A stretch of 64,000 bases of DNA from an uncultured Alphaproteobacteria bacterium (GTDB lineage: Bacteria; Pseudomonadota; Alphaproteobacteria; HIMB59): the NCBI GenBank assembly GCA_902524245.1, contig CABZCN010000005.1:1101-65100 (forward strand), given 5' to 3'. Position 1 is the first letter of the stretch. Each line of letters opens with the position of its first letter. The position numbers were made by a program, and so were the translations under genes. Shown in pieces: positions 14,185 through 23,232 of the stretch. The notes beneath the pieces are model-generated. The model did not search any database, was not told where the DNA came from, and was given only the letters and a program-made list of their open reading frames with translations.

Positions 14185-14260
14185 TGGCAGGAGTGGCAGG
14201 CATCGAACCCGCAACCTCCGGTTTTGGAGACCGGCGCTCTACCAGTTGAGCTACACTCCT
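14185..14260 (-). tRNA. trnW: tRNA-Trp (CCA)
   Basis: AGGAGTGTAGCTCAACTGGTAGAGCGCCGGTCT-CCA-AAACCGGAGGTTGCGGGTTCGATGCCTGCCACTCCTGCCA; 76 nt cloverleaf with encoded CCA end; conserved tuf-trnW-secE context. Confidence 0.97.
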
Positions 14261-14289
14261 TCATATTAGTATTACTGCAGAGAATATTT

Positions 14290-15480
14290 TTATTCGATAA
14301 TCTCTGAAACAACTCCTGAGCCAACAGTTCTACCGCCTTCACGAATAGCAAAACGTAAGTTGTTATTCATTGCGATAGGAGCAAGTAACTCAACTTCAAG
14401 TGTTATATTATCTCCAGGCATAACCATTTCAGTACCTTCAGGCAATTTAATTGAACCAGTAACATCAGTGGTTCTAAAATAAAATTGAGGTCTGTAATTT
14501 GCAAAGAAAGGAGTGTGTCTTCCACCCTCCTCTTTGCTTAAAGCGTAAATCTCTGCTTTAAATTTTTTGTGAGGTTTAATACTACCAGGAGCTGCCAAAA
14601 CTTGGCCTCTTTCAACCTCTTCCTTTTTAGTTCCACGAAGAAGAGCACCAATATTATCTCCAGCTTCACCAGAGTCTAATAGTTTTCTGAACATCTCAAC
14701 ACCGGTACAAACTGTTTTGGTTGTATCTTTTAAACCAATAATTTCAATTTCTTCACCTGGTTTAATAACACCTTGTTCGACTCTTCCAGTAACAACAGTA
14801 CCTCTTCCAGAAATCGAAAATACGTCTTCAACTGGCATCAAGAAAGGTTTATCTAATTCTCTTGTAGGAGCAGGGATATACTCATCAATTTTTGACATTA
14901 ATTCAATGATTGAATTTTTACCAATATTTTCGTCTCTGTCTTCTACTGCAGCTAGTGCTGATCCTTTAACGATTGGAATATCATCGCCAGGGAAATCATA
15001 TTTTGATAATAGCTCTCTTATTTCAACTTCTACAAGCTCTAATAATTCTTGATCATCTACTTGATCAACTTTATTAAGGTAAACAACTAGTGCCGGTACA
15101 CCAACTTGTCTAGCTAAAAGTATATGTTCACGTGTTTGAGGCATTGGGCCGTCCGCTGCATTAACAACTAAGATACCTCCATCCATCTGAGCAGCACCTG
15201 TAATCATGTTTTTTACGTAGTCTGCGTGACCTGGACAGTCGACGTGAGCATAGTGTCTTTTGTCAGTTGAATACTCGACGTGCGCTGTTGAAATTGTTAT
15301 ACCTCTCTCTTTTTCTTCAGGTGCTTTATCAATTTCATCATAGGCTGTAAACTCTGCACCACCTTTTTCTGCCAAAACTTTTGTTATTGCTGCAGTAAGT
15401 GTAGTTTTACCATGGTCGACGTGACCGATAGTTCCGATGTTGACGTGTTCTTTCGATCTGTCAAATTTTTCTTTAGTCAT
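14290..15480 (-). CDS. tuf: Elongation factor Tu
   Basis: [27 protein letters not shown], 396 aa. Confidence 0.99.
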   Translation of the reverse strand: MTKEKFDRSKEHVNIGTIGHVDHGKTTLTAAITKVLAEKGGAEFTAYDEIDKAPEEKERGITISTAHVEYSTDKRHYAHVDCPGHADYVKNMITGAAQMDGGILVVNAADGPMPQTREHILLARQVGVPALVVYLNKVDQVDDQELLELVEVEIRELLSKYDFPGDDIPIVKGSALAAVEDRDENIGKNSIIELMSKIDEYIPAPTRELDKPFLMPVEDVFSISGRGTVVTGRVEQGVIKPGEEIEIIGLKDTTKTVCTGVEMFRKLLDSGEAGDNIGALLRGTKKEEVERGQVLAAPGSIKPHKKFKAEIYALSKEEGGRHTPFFANYRPQFYFRTTDVTGSIKLPEGTEMVMPGDNITLEVELLAPIAMNNNLRFAIREGGRTVGSGVVSEIIE

Positions 15481-15532
15481 TTTAAGTTGTTACCTCTTTT
15501 TAATATCTAATACTTAATTTTTTCAATGTACT

Positions 15533-15606
15533 TGGAGCGGGTGAAGGGAATCGAACCCTCGTAGCCAGCTTGGAAGGCTGGAGCTTTACCATTAAGCTAC
15601 ACCCGC
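15533..15606 (-). tRNA. trnG: tRNA-Gly (TCC)
   Basis: GCGGGTGTAGCTTAATGGTAAAGCTCCAGCCT-TCC-AAGCTGGCTACGAGGGTTCGATTCCCTTCACCCGCTCCA; 74 nt. Confidence 0.97.
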
Positions 15607-15712
15607 GATTTAGCGGGTAACCACTTCAAAACATTCACAAAATCAAATCCTTGTGAGTTCCGATAAACTACTAATTTTTCTTTAAAATTCAATAAGAAAA
15701 GTGAAAAAAAAG

Positions 15713-15798
15713 TGGTGGAGGGAGTAGGATTCGAACCTACGTACACTTGCGTGAACAGATTTACAGTCTGCCGCCTTTAACCACTCGGCCATCCCTCC
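15713..15798 (-). tRNA. trnY: tRNA-Tyr (GTA)
   Basis: GGAGGGATGGCCGAGTGGTTAAAGGCGGCAGACT-GTA-AATCTG with long variable arm, GGTTCGAATCC and CCA end; 86 nt. Confidence 0.97.
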
Positions 15799-15821
15799 AA
15801 ATTGTTTAAAATTAGGAGTTG

Positions 15822-15850
15822 ATTAATAGATAATTGTCTTTGAAAGTCAA
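15822..15850 (-). promoter_or_regulatory. Candidate sigma70 promoter for the tRNA-Tyr/Gly-tuf transcript
   Basis: Minus strand TTGACT-N16-TATTAA about 25 nt upstream of tRNA-Tyr. Confidence 0.5.
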
Positions 15851-15884
15851 TAGACTTCCTTAATTTTTACTGTTATTTAAAACA

Positions 15885-16607
15885 ATGCTTATTTCAGGGG
15901 TTAATTCTTGCACGAGCTGTATTTTACACAATCCTGATAAAATTATTGAAATTTTCATTAATATTGAAAAACAATCAGTTTTTAGAAAATTAATTGAGCA
16001 AAATAAACTGAATAATAAGACAAAGCTATTTAAGAAAAACGATTTCAATAGGCTAGGTATTAAAAATGATAGGTTTATCAGTGATATAGTTATACGAAGA
16101 GAAAAGTATAAGCCATTTAGCTTAGAGGAGATCATCAAAAATAGTGAAAAATCACTTATAATAATAGCTGATCAAATTACTGACCAAAATAATCTTGGAA
16201 ATATTATTAGAACAGCTCTACTAATGGGGGCTGACGGATTATTATTGTCAGAGTATTCTTCTGCGGATATTAATGAGATAACTTCATTAACATCATCCGG
16301 TGCCGTTGAAGTGTTGAAATATCATATCTCAAAAAATATTAGTAGGTCAGTTGAGGTTTTAAAAAAAAGTGGATATTGGACTTATTCACTTGATATGAGT
16401 GGCGAGGAAATCAACAGAGAATTTAAGTTTGATAAAAGATCTGTAATTATTGTTGGAAATGAGGGAAAAGGTATTAGAAAAAATGTTTTAACAAATAGTG
16501 ACTTTAAAATAAGTATCCCTCAAGAAAATTTAGATGGTATTGATAGTTATAATGCAGCAAATTCTCTAGCAATTGCTGCTTATCATTTCAAAATTAGTAA
16601 TTTTTAA
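15885..16607 (+). CDS. rlmB: 23S rRNA (G2251) 2'-O-methyltransferase, TrmH/SpoU family
   Basis: DQITDQNNLGNIIRT, IIVGNEGKGIR, DSYNAANS SPOUT motifs; divergent from tRNA-Tyr as is common in alphaproteobacteria. Confidence 0.85.
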   Translation: MLISGVNSCTSCILHNPDKIIEIFINIEKQSVFRKLIEQNKLNNKTKLFKKNDFNRLGIKNDRFISDIVIRREKYKPFSLEEIIKNSEKSLIIIADQITDQNNLGNIIRTALLMGADGLLLSEYSSADINEITSLTSSGAVEVLKYHISKNISRSVEVLKKSGYWTYSLDMSGEEINREFKFDKRSVIIVGNEGKGIRKNVLTNSDFKISIPQENLDGIDSYNAANSLAIAAYHFKISNF

Positions 16608-16648
16608 ATATTGTTTATTCTAAATTTTAATATAAATAGTAACACAAT

Positions 16649-16724
<76 letters not shown>

Positions 16725-16796
16725 TTATATTATGTTTTTGTGTTTTAAACATTAATAACGATTTGATAGTTAATTTTTATTCTAGATCTTTCGATA

Positions 16797-17498
16797 ATGA
16801 TTAACTTTATATTTAAATTAATCATTTTAATTTTTTTTTTAACTATTAGCTCTGTAAATAGTAATGAAGATATCTCTCAGGTTAACAAACTGTATCAAAA
16901 TCAAATTTTAGATCATGAGGCATATATAGATACGCTAAATAGTTTTAATGTAAATACAGAATCTAAAGATTTTAAAAACTTATTTGATTTATTTCTAAAC
17001 AATTCTATTTCGTTTGAAACTTTTGACCAAGGAATAATTAATATCTATAAAAAGAGTAAAACCACTGATAATAAATATTTTATTAAAAAATTTAGTCTTG
17101 ACGATTGTAAGGGTAATTCGCTGATATGTAGTGAATTTAAAAAAGTAAGAAACAGTGAAAGTTTCTTGGAGGAAGAAATTAAAATACCAATTAGTGAGCT
17201 AAGTTGTAAAACTCTAAAAAATTATCTAATAGATGACGTAAGCAATTCAAATTATGAAAATGATTTCAGTACAAGATTTGTTGGGGACTATATAAAGTTT
17301 GATGGCAGTAATGGATTTATTTACGAGGCAAAGTTTCAAATCTATTTAGAACAGCATGGCAGGCATGTATTATTATCATTATTTGTAAATGGCAACTTAG
17401 GAGATGAGTCAGAGAACTGTAAAAATTTTAAATTTAATAAAGCTATATTTATGTTTGGAGGTATGGTTTTAGCAGAAATGAAAATAAAACAAATTTAA
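16797..17498 (+). CDS. Hypothetical exported protein
   Basis: 233 aa ORF with a hydrophobic N-terminal signal-like stretch; no family recognised. Confidence 0.6.
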   Translation: MINFIFKLIILIFFLTISSVNSNEDISQVNKLYQNQILDHEAYIDTLNSFNVNTESKDFKNLFDLFLNNSISFETFDQGIINIYKKSKTTDNKYFIKKFSLDDCKGNSLICSEFKKVRNSESFLEEEIKIPISELSCKTLKNYLIDDVSNSNYENDFSTRFVGDYIKFDGSNGFIYEAKFQIYLEQHGRHVLLSLFVNGNLGDESENCKNFKFNKAIFMFGGMVLAEMKIKQI

Positions 17499-17579
17499 TC
17501 ATAATCTTCAGTTATTTATCAGATAAATTTTAAATATCAGAATAATTACTTTCAAACAAAATTATCAAAAATATATATT

Positions 17580-18287
17580 TTATTTAAAATTTTTTAAATC
17601 TCTTAAGGTATCAAATTCATACCATTTTCCAGAATAAATTGATGTTTCAACGATTATTTTTTTACTCAATAAAAAATTTATGTATGTGGTCATATCTATT
17701 TTATTATCCATTTCTTCATAATATTTGATCAATATTTTTATAAATTTTTTTGGTACATAAACTATTCCCATATATTGATATTTAGTATGATTAATATTTG
17801 TGATCTTTTGACCTATCTGAACTAGTCTGTTATTTTTCGTAATTAAACTTTCTGCATCATCTAATATATTCTGTTTTCTTTTATTCCATACTTTAGACCA
17901 GTTCTTTAAAATAGGTAAGGTCAAATTTTTAAAATTTTTTTTTAAAATTTTTTTTATAAGTTTTTTATTAAATAAGATATCGGAGTAGACGACGATTGTA
18001 TCTTCATGATTCATTTCTTTTAAACTTGTAATCATTGAATGAGTTATACCAGTATTGTTATAATCAATATTATTAATAAAATTAATTTTTTTGTTTTCTA
18101 AGCTACTAATTATATTTTCTTTTTTATATCCAACTGAAACATTAATTTTATTGACTCCATAATATTCAAAATCCTCTATCAATTTTAAAATTAATGTCTT
18201 GTTATTTATCTCTATTAAACATTTATTTTTTTTAATATCTCTAAATATTCGAGAACTCTTTCCTGCAGCTAACACTAATGCTTGCAT
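17580..18287 (-). CDS. CTP:phosphoglutamine cytidylyltransferase-like nucleotidyltransferase (Cj1416-like; LicC/NTP-transferase fold)
   Basis: ALVLAAGKSSR, KCLIEI, YSDILF, WSKVWNKRKQNILDDAESL, QYMG, WYEFDTLRDL. The W..W..R...L.DAE.L segment matches what I recall of Cj1416. ATG 18287 overlaps the upstream TGA by 1 nt. Confidence 0.8.
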   Translation of the reverse strand: MQALVLAAGKSSRIFRDIKKNKCLIEINNKTLILKLIEDFEYYGVNKINVSVGYKKENIISSLENKKINFINNIDYNNTGITHSMITSLKEMNHEDTIVVYSDILFNKKLIKKILKKNFKNLTLPILKNWSKVWNKRKQNILDDAESLITKNNRLVQIGQKITNINHTKYQYMGIVYVPKKFIKILIKYYEEMDNKIDMTTYINFLLSKKIIVETSIYSGKWYEFDTLRDLKNFK

Positions 18288-18889
18288 CAATTAAATAAAA
18301 TATTATTGAAGATAATATCAATGTTTTTTTGACTTTTATTTTTTCTTTCAGGATGAAACATCATTAAATATATTTTGCAATTTTTAATTTTAGTAAATTC
18401 CAATGATCCATCTTTTGAAACCATTAGTTGCTCCAGATTATTATTTTTGAAATTTTTAAAACCATAATTATGAAAGCTATTTACTCTTAAAATACTGTTA
18501 TTTTCATCATAAATTTCATGATTGATATTGACATGATTTAATATTTTTCTTGTTTTAATACCATTTAATTCGCCTAAAAGTTGAGCGCCTCTACATACCC
18601 CGAGAATGGGTTTGCCAGTTTTTTTAAATTTTTTAATTATATTTTTTTCAAAAATTTCTCTTTCTTTATCAATATTTAATTTTGAATGCTTATATAGAGA
18701 ATTACCTCCTGATAATATTAGTGCATCATATTTGTTAGATAATTGATTTATATTAGTAACAACCTGAAGGTTAAAATTCATTTTTTTTGCATATTCTATC
18801 CAATTGTACTCAATTGAGTAATTTAGTTGTTTGTGTTTATCAAGGTAATATTTTGGTGTTATTAAAATGTTTTTGCTAAATGATCTCAT
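18287..18889 (-). CDS. Class I glutamine amidotransferase / peptidase C26 (Cj1417-like gamma-glutamyl-CDP-amidate hydrolase)
   Basis: LILSGGN, PILGVCRGAQ (Cys nucleophile), VNSFHNY, MFHPER (His-x-Glu); lies between Cj1418- and Cj1416-like genes. ATG 18889 preferred over TTG 18916. Confidence 0.8.
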   Translation of the reverse strand: MRSFSKNILITPKYYLDKHKQLNYSIEYNWIEYAKKMNFNLQVVTNINQLSNKYDALILSGGNSLYKHSKLNIDKEREIFEKNIIKKFKKTGKPILGVCRGAQLLGELNGIKTRKILNHVNINHEIYDENNSILRVNSFHNYGFKNFKNNNLEQLMVSKDGSLEFTKIKNCKIYLMMFHPERKNKSQKNIDIIFNNILFN

Positions 18890-21173
18890 AAATAGACTCT
18901 TCTGGATTAATAACAATTCTTTTTTTTTGTGAAATAAAATTATAGTTTTCTTCTCCTATTCCTATAATTGAAGTGATGTTAAGTTCTGAACATCTGATAG
19001 CCATATGAGAATTTGGTCCACCATTTTTTGTAATTAATCCCATTATATTATTTGTAAATATAAAATCATATCCAGGATCAGCGTTTTCAATCATCACTAT
19101 TTTATTAGAAAAATTTTGTTTCAAATCTGGATTATAAACAATTAAACCCCCCACTATGTTATTAAATCCATAGAAATTACCAGCTTGATTTTTTCTATAA
19201 AAATAATCAATAGCGGTAGAGTCTTTAATAAAATCAGGATAAATAATCTTTGAAGCTTCTTTTTGTTCCAAAATACTTTCATCAATTGTTTTATTTATTG
19301 TGTTTCTTAACCTTACAGGGCTTAATTTAGAAAATGCATTTAGAATTAAGTTATAATCAACATGCTTAATGAGATCTTGTCTAATATTCATTTCTTGAAA
19401 TAAAAGCTTTAATTCTTTAAATATTAAGTCAATTCCTTTTGTAAAATGAAACTTAGACTCTTCTCTCATTTCTGTAGATAGCTTACAAAATTTTAAAAAT
19501 TTTTTTGAATTAAATTTTAATTTATGTCTTTTAAAATATAAGTCTATTTTGTAGTAATCATTTTTCTTAAAACTAAATGATTTTTTTTTATAATTATAAA
19601 TTTCTTTGTTATTAAAATACTTTTGAAAATTTTCTTCATAAGAATTACAAGATATATCGTAAGTTGAAGGTCTGAGATGTCCGTATTTTTTAAGAAAATT
19701 ATTTTTTGTAATTTTTTTATTTAAATAATTATTATAATCATTATTTATCTTAGATGTAATAGTACTGAAGGATCCATAAAAGTTGTCAATTACTTTTTTA
19801 TCGACAATTTTTTCATCGATTAACTTGTTACAAATATATTTTGAAATAAATGCGGATCTTGCCAAACCCGCAAAAGGTAAAGTACCATATTCTTTTAAGT
19901 AATAATTATAATAAAATATTTTATTAATAGGATGTTGATTACTATCTTTAATATCATTTATTTTTTTCAGAAAAAAATCAATTTTATCGTTTTCCTTTTT
20001 TATATAATTATCATTTATAATTTTATTAACGATTGAATTTACTTTTAATTTTAGATCAATAAATTCATTTTTGCTAATTATTCCTTTAAGCTCTTTATCA
20101 AAATCACCAACAAATGACGGAAATAATTTAAATTCAACTTGGTCATGTATCTCTGGTTGAGCATCAAGTTTACTCAGATAAAAATTTATTAATTTTTTTG
20201 AAATATTTTTGTTTAAGTTTTTTGGAATAAATGAATTTATATCAACTTTGATATCAATATATGGAATTCCATAAATATCGTACATAAGCACGTTTGGCCT
20301 AACATCAAAATACCCATATTCGTGTCTTTGCTTTGACCATATATCATTTGTAATTAATTCCTTGTATAATGATAATGCTAATTTAGATGGACTTGATCCA
20401 AGTATTTCAACAGGATTCCAGTCTGCCATATTACTTAAATAATTTTTATTACCTATCAATGTGTCTTTTATTTTCAAAATATTATCTATTTTCTTTTTAA
20501 TATTAGTAATAGTTGAAGGTTGAGCGACTTGCGAAATTATTTTACTTATGGGAAGATTTCTAATTTGAAGAATGTATACTTCATTTTTTTTCACACAAAA
20601 TTCTAAATCTAAATTTTCATTTTTTAATTTCTTTTCTAAAAATTTACAAATTTCTATTAATTTAATAAAATTTTTAGGAATATTTTTACTATTTTTTCTT
20701 AAATAAAATGTTTTTATAGTAGGATTTTTAATACCTGATGTAATTAGATTAGTTTTTTTTGAGCTATCATAATTAATTACATAATAATATTTTCTCTTAT
20801 TTAAATCTTTAGTAAATATTACACCACTTAAGCTGACATTATTAATAAATTCTTGTACAATAAAAATATCCTCCAGATTTTTAAACTCAGAAGTAACTAA
20901 GTCTACAAAATAATTTATTTTGGAAAATTTATTTTTTTTAATGACATAAGATGAATATTTTCCTGCATTAACTAACAAGGCATCTTCATCAAATGATGCA
21001 GACCTAATAATAATATTTTGATTAAATTTATTATTTATGATTTGAGTAATTTTTGATTTTTTCAGTTGCCAGTCTTTTTTTGAAAAAAATATAAATTTTG
21101 GAACCGTATATCTATTTTTTGATAAACTTAATAGTAATTCTAAATTGTATGCTTTGTTATCTAGGATCTTCAT
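18876..21173 (-). CDS. L-glutamine kinase (Cj1418-like; PEP-utiliser / ATP-grasp family)
   Basis: About 765 aa. N-terminal ATP-grasp (IIRSASFDED, AGKYSS, FIVQEFI, SGVIFT, DLEF, LQIR), central MADWNPVEILG and YGHLRPSTYDI, C-terminal phospho-His domain NADPGYDFIF...GGPNSHMAIRCSE. Confidence 0.85.
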   Translation of the reverse strand: MKILDNKAYNLELLLSLSKNRYTVPKFIFFSKKDWQLKKSKITQIINNKFNQNIIIRSASFDEDALLVNAGKYSSYVIKKNKFSKINYFVDLVTSEFKNLEDIFIVQEFINNVSLSGVIFTKDLNKRKYYYVINYDSSKKTNLITSGIKNPTIKTFYLRKNSKNIPKNFIKLIEICKFLEKKLKNENLDLEFCVKKNEVYILQIRNLPISKIISQVAQPSTITNIKKKIDNILKIKDTLIGNKNYLSNMADWNPVEILGSSPSKLALSLYKELITNDIWSKQRHEYGYFDVRPNVLMYDIYGIPYIDIKVDINSFIPKNLNKNISKKLINFYLSKLDAQPEIHDQVEFKLFPSFVGDFDKELKGIISKNEFIDLKLKVNSIVNKIINDNYIKKENDKIDFFLKKINDIKDSNQHPINKIFYYNYYLKEYGTLPFAGLARSAFISKYICNKLIDEKIVDKKVIDNFYGSFSTITSKINNDYNNYLNKKITKNNFLKKYGHLRPSTYDISCNSYEENFQKYFNNKEIYNYKKKSFSFKKNDYYKIDLYFKRHKLKFNSKKFLKFCKLSTEMREESKFHFTKGIDLIFKELKLLFQEMNIRQDLIKHVDYNLILNAFSKLSPVRLRNTINKTIDESILEQKEASKIIYPDFIKDSTAIDYFYRKNQAGNFYGFNNIVGGLIVYNPDLKQNFSNKIVMIENADPGYDFIFTNNIMGLITKNGGPNSHMAIRCSELNITSIIGIGEENYNFISQKKRIVINPEESIYEII

Positions 21174-21487
21174 ATGCAAAATTGTATATATTAATTAACA
21201 TTGAGTATATTTTATAAGCTTTAATTTTGAAGATATTAAAATAACACTATAATATAATGTTTATTGAAAATTATTTTTCAATAAATAACTTTACTTTAAA
21301 GCAGAAGAGAATAATCGCTTTTTATTATAAATTACATTGATAATAAGGTTTTTTTAAGAATATAAGTTATTCAATTTAAAATAGCTTAATGAAATATGAA
21401 TAAAGTATTTATTTAATATATTTAATATCCAGAAGTTGAAATAGTAATAAAATTATTTATATTTATAACTAAATATCATTTATCTAA

Positions 21488-22981
21488 ATGTTATTATTTA
21501 ATCAGCTAATCATTATTTTTATTTTCTTGAATCCGTCTTGGTTATTTAATTTTTATATTGATAAATATGAAATTTATTTAATATATATCTTAATCTTATT
21601 TGTTTTTCTTTTTTTTGTATATTTAATATTAGTTAAAATAAAAAGAGAGAATATACCAATTTTAGATAAATTCTTTTTTTCTTTAATAATTTTTATTTTT
21701 TTAGATTTAAACTTTGGATTTTTAAAAATATCAAAAATTTTTAATATAACATCTACAGTTGTTGAGTTTGCCTACCCTTTAATTTTACTTTTAATAATTT
21801 TTCTAATTAATTTTAAATTATTAAAAAAAAACTATAGTAAATTAAAAAAAATACTCGTTGCAATAGTTGTTTCTGTATCAATTATAAACTTATTTAATTT
21901 TATTAGCTTAGAAAATAATAATCTTCAAAACGATAATAAAGATGATACTAATTATGAAATATATGGAAAAAATATTATCATTATCCTTGACTCTTTTTCC
22001 AATTATTTAGGTGATAGTAAAGATCTAAATCAAAAATTTTCAGAAGAAAAAAATAAATTAAAAGATTTTAATTTTGTTATTTTTGAGAATGTTTTTACTA
22101 AATTTTATTATACTAACAATAGCCTATCCTCTCTTTTAAATTTTACTACTGATTTAAATGATTTAAATAAATTACAAAAAGTAGTTTATAGGAATGGTAG
22201 ACCAAGTAATATAATGATAAAAAATAAATTTTTACGCGATCATGTTAGTAGCAATAACTTTGTTATGAACCATTTTTTATTTGATATGTGTCAAGCTGAA
22301 CTTAAAAAAATTGTTAACTGTGAAATTACTGGTAATCAGTTAAATCCAGCGCATGTGCAGTTTATGGGTTACTCAGACTCATTTATTTTAAGATCAAGTT
22401 ATTTTATGCTATTAAAGTTATTTAATAAAAACATTTTCCATCCATTTTTTAGTGAGAAGAAAAATATTAATAAGCATTTAAATATAATAAAAAATGCTTT
22501 TTTAAATAAATATGATAATTATATTATTCTTCTTCAAAGTTCACATCCTCCTAATATATTAGATAGTGAATGCAATATATCTATAAATTATTCATCTTCG
22601 TACCTAGATGAATTTAGTTGTCATATAAATATATTAGAGGATCTTTTTTTATTCATGAAAAAAAATGAAATTTTTGATATGTATAATATTCACATCTTAG
22701 GAGATCATGGTCAAAGAAGATATGACTCAATTAATGGTTTAGATAATAATGAGTTATTATCGATTTTTCAGACATTTTATGCTTACAAGGGAGATAACAT
22801 TTCAAAAAAAATCGATCAAAAATCAATAATTTCAAATCAAGATTTATTTAAAAATTTAGTTTTGGAGGATGATTATGATTTTAACACCAAAGCTTTTATT
22901 CTTAGATCAGATGATATACCAGGATTTTTAGATGAAATTACAGAAATAGAATTAAAAAATGTTTTAAACATTGATAATTAA
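21488..22981 (+). CDS. Membrane-anchored alkaline-phosphatase-superfamily enzyme (LtaS/EptA/sulfatase-like)
   Basis: About five N-terminal TM helices, then IIILDS (metal Asp), YTNNSLSSL (candidate Thr nucleophile), SHPP and ILGDHG. Confidence 0.7.
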   Translation: MLLFNQLIIIFIFLNPSWLFNFYIDKYEIYLIYILILFVFLFFVYLILVKIKRENIPILDKFFFSLIIFIFLDLNFGFLKISKIFNITSTVVEFAYPLILLLIIFLINFKLLKKNYSKLKKILVAIVVSVSIINLFNFISLENNNLQNDNKDDTNYEIYGKNIIIILDSFSNYLGDSKDLNQKFSEEKNKLKDFNFVIFENVFTKFYYTNNSLSSLLNFTTDLNDLNKLQKVVYRNGRPSNIMIKNKFLRDHVSSNNFVMNHFLFDMCQAELKKIVNCEITGNQLNPAHVQFMGYSDSFILRSSYFMLLKLFNKNIFHPFFSEKKNINKHLNIIKNAFLNKYDNYIILLQSSHPPNILDSECNISINYSSSYLDEFSCHINILEDLFLFMKKNEIFDMYNIHILGDHGQRRYDSINGLDNNELLSIFQTFYAYKGDNISKKIDQKSIISNQDLFKNLVLEDDYDFNTKAFILRSDDIPGFLDEITEIELKNVLNIDN

Positions 22982-23040
22982 TAATTTTGTTGTTACGATT
23001 GAAAATTGATATTTATCCTAAAATATTTATTTAATATATT

Positions 23041-23232
23041 ATGACTCGTATTTTATTAATTATTTTATCAATTTTCCCAATAAATCTTTATGCATATTTC
23101 GATCCAGGTTCAGCAAGCGTAGTTATACAGGCTATAATAGCCTTTATAGTCGCTATAGGTGCTAGTATTTCAATATATTTTAGAAAATTTAAGGAGTTCA
23201 TTAGTAAAATTTTTAAAAGAAAAAAAAAATAA
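23041..23232 (+). CDS. Small membrane protein with AYFDPGS motif
   Basis: 63 aa: signal-like N-terminus, AYFDPGSAS, one TM helix, basic tail; its stop directly abuts the next gene's TTG. Confidence 0.7.
   Translation: MTRILLIILSIFPINLYAYFDPGSASVVIQAIIAFIVAIGASISIYFRKFKEFISKIFKRKKK

Noticed and set aside
13884-14249. 121-aa plus-strand ORF
   Set aside because: Antisense to nusG, secE and tRNA-Trp; its tail (GVAGIEPATSGFGDRRST) is the typical translation of a reverse-complemented tRNA.
18876-21173. Calling the large enzyme pyruvate phosphate dikinase or PEP synthase
   Set aside because: The phospho-His domain is C-terminal and there is no pyruvate-binding barrel; the neighbours match the phosphoramidate cassette.
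21488-22981. Calling this protein a true sulfatase
   Set aside because: No C/S-x-P-x-R formylglycine motif.
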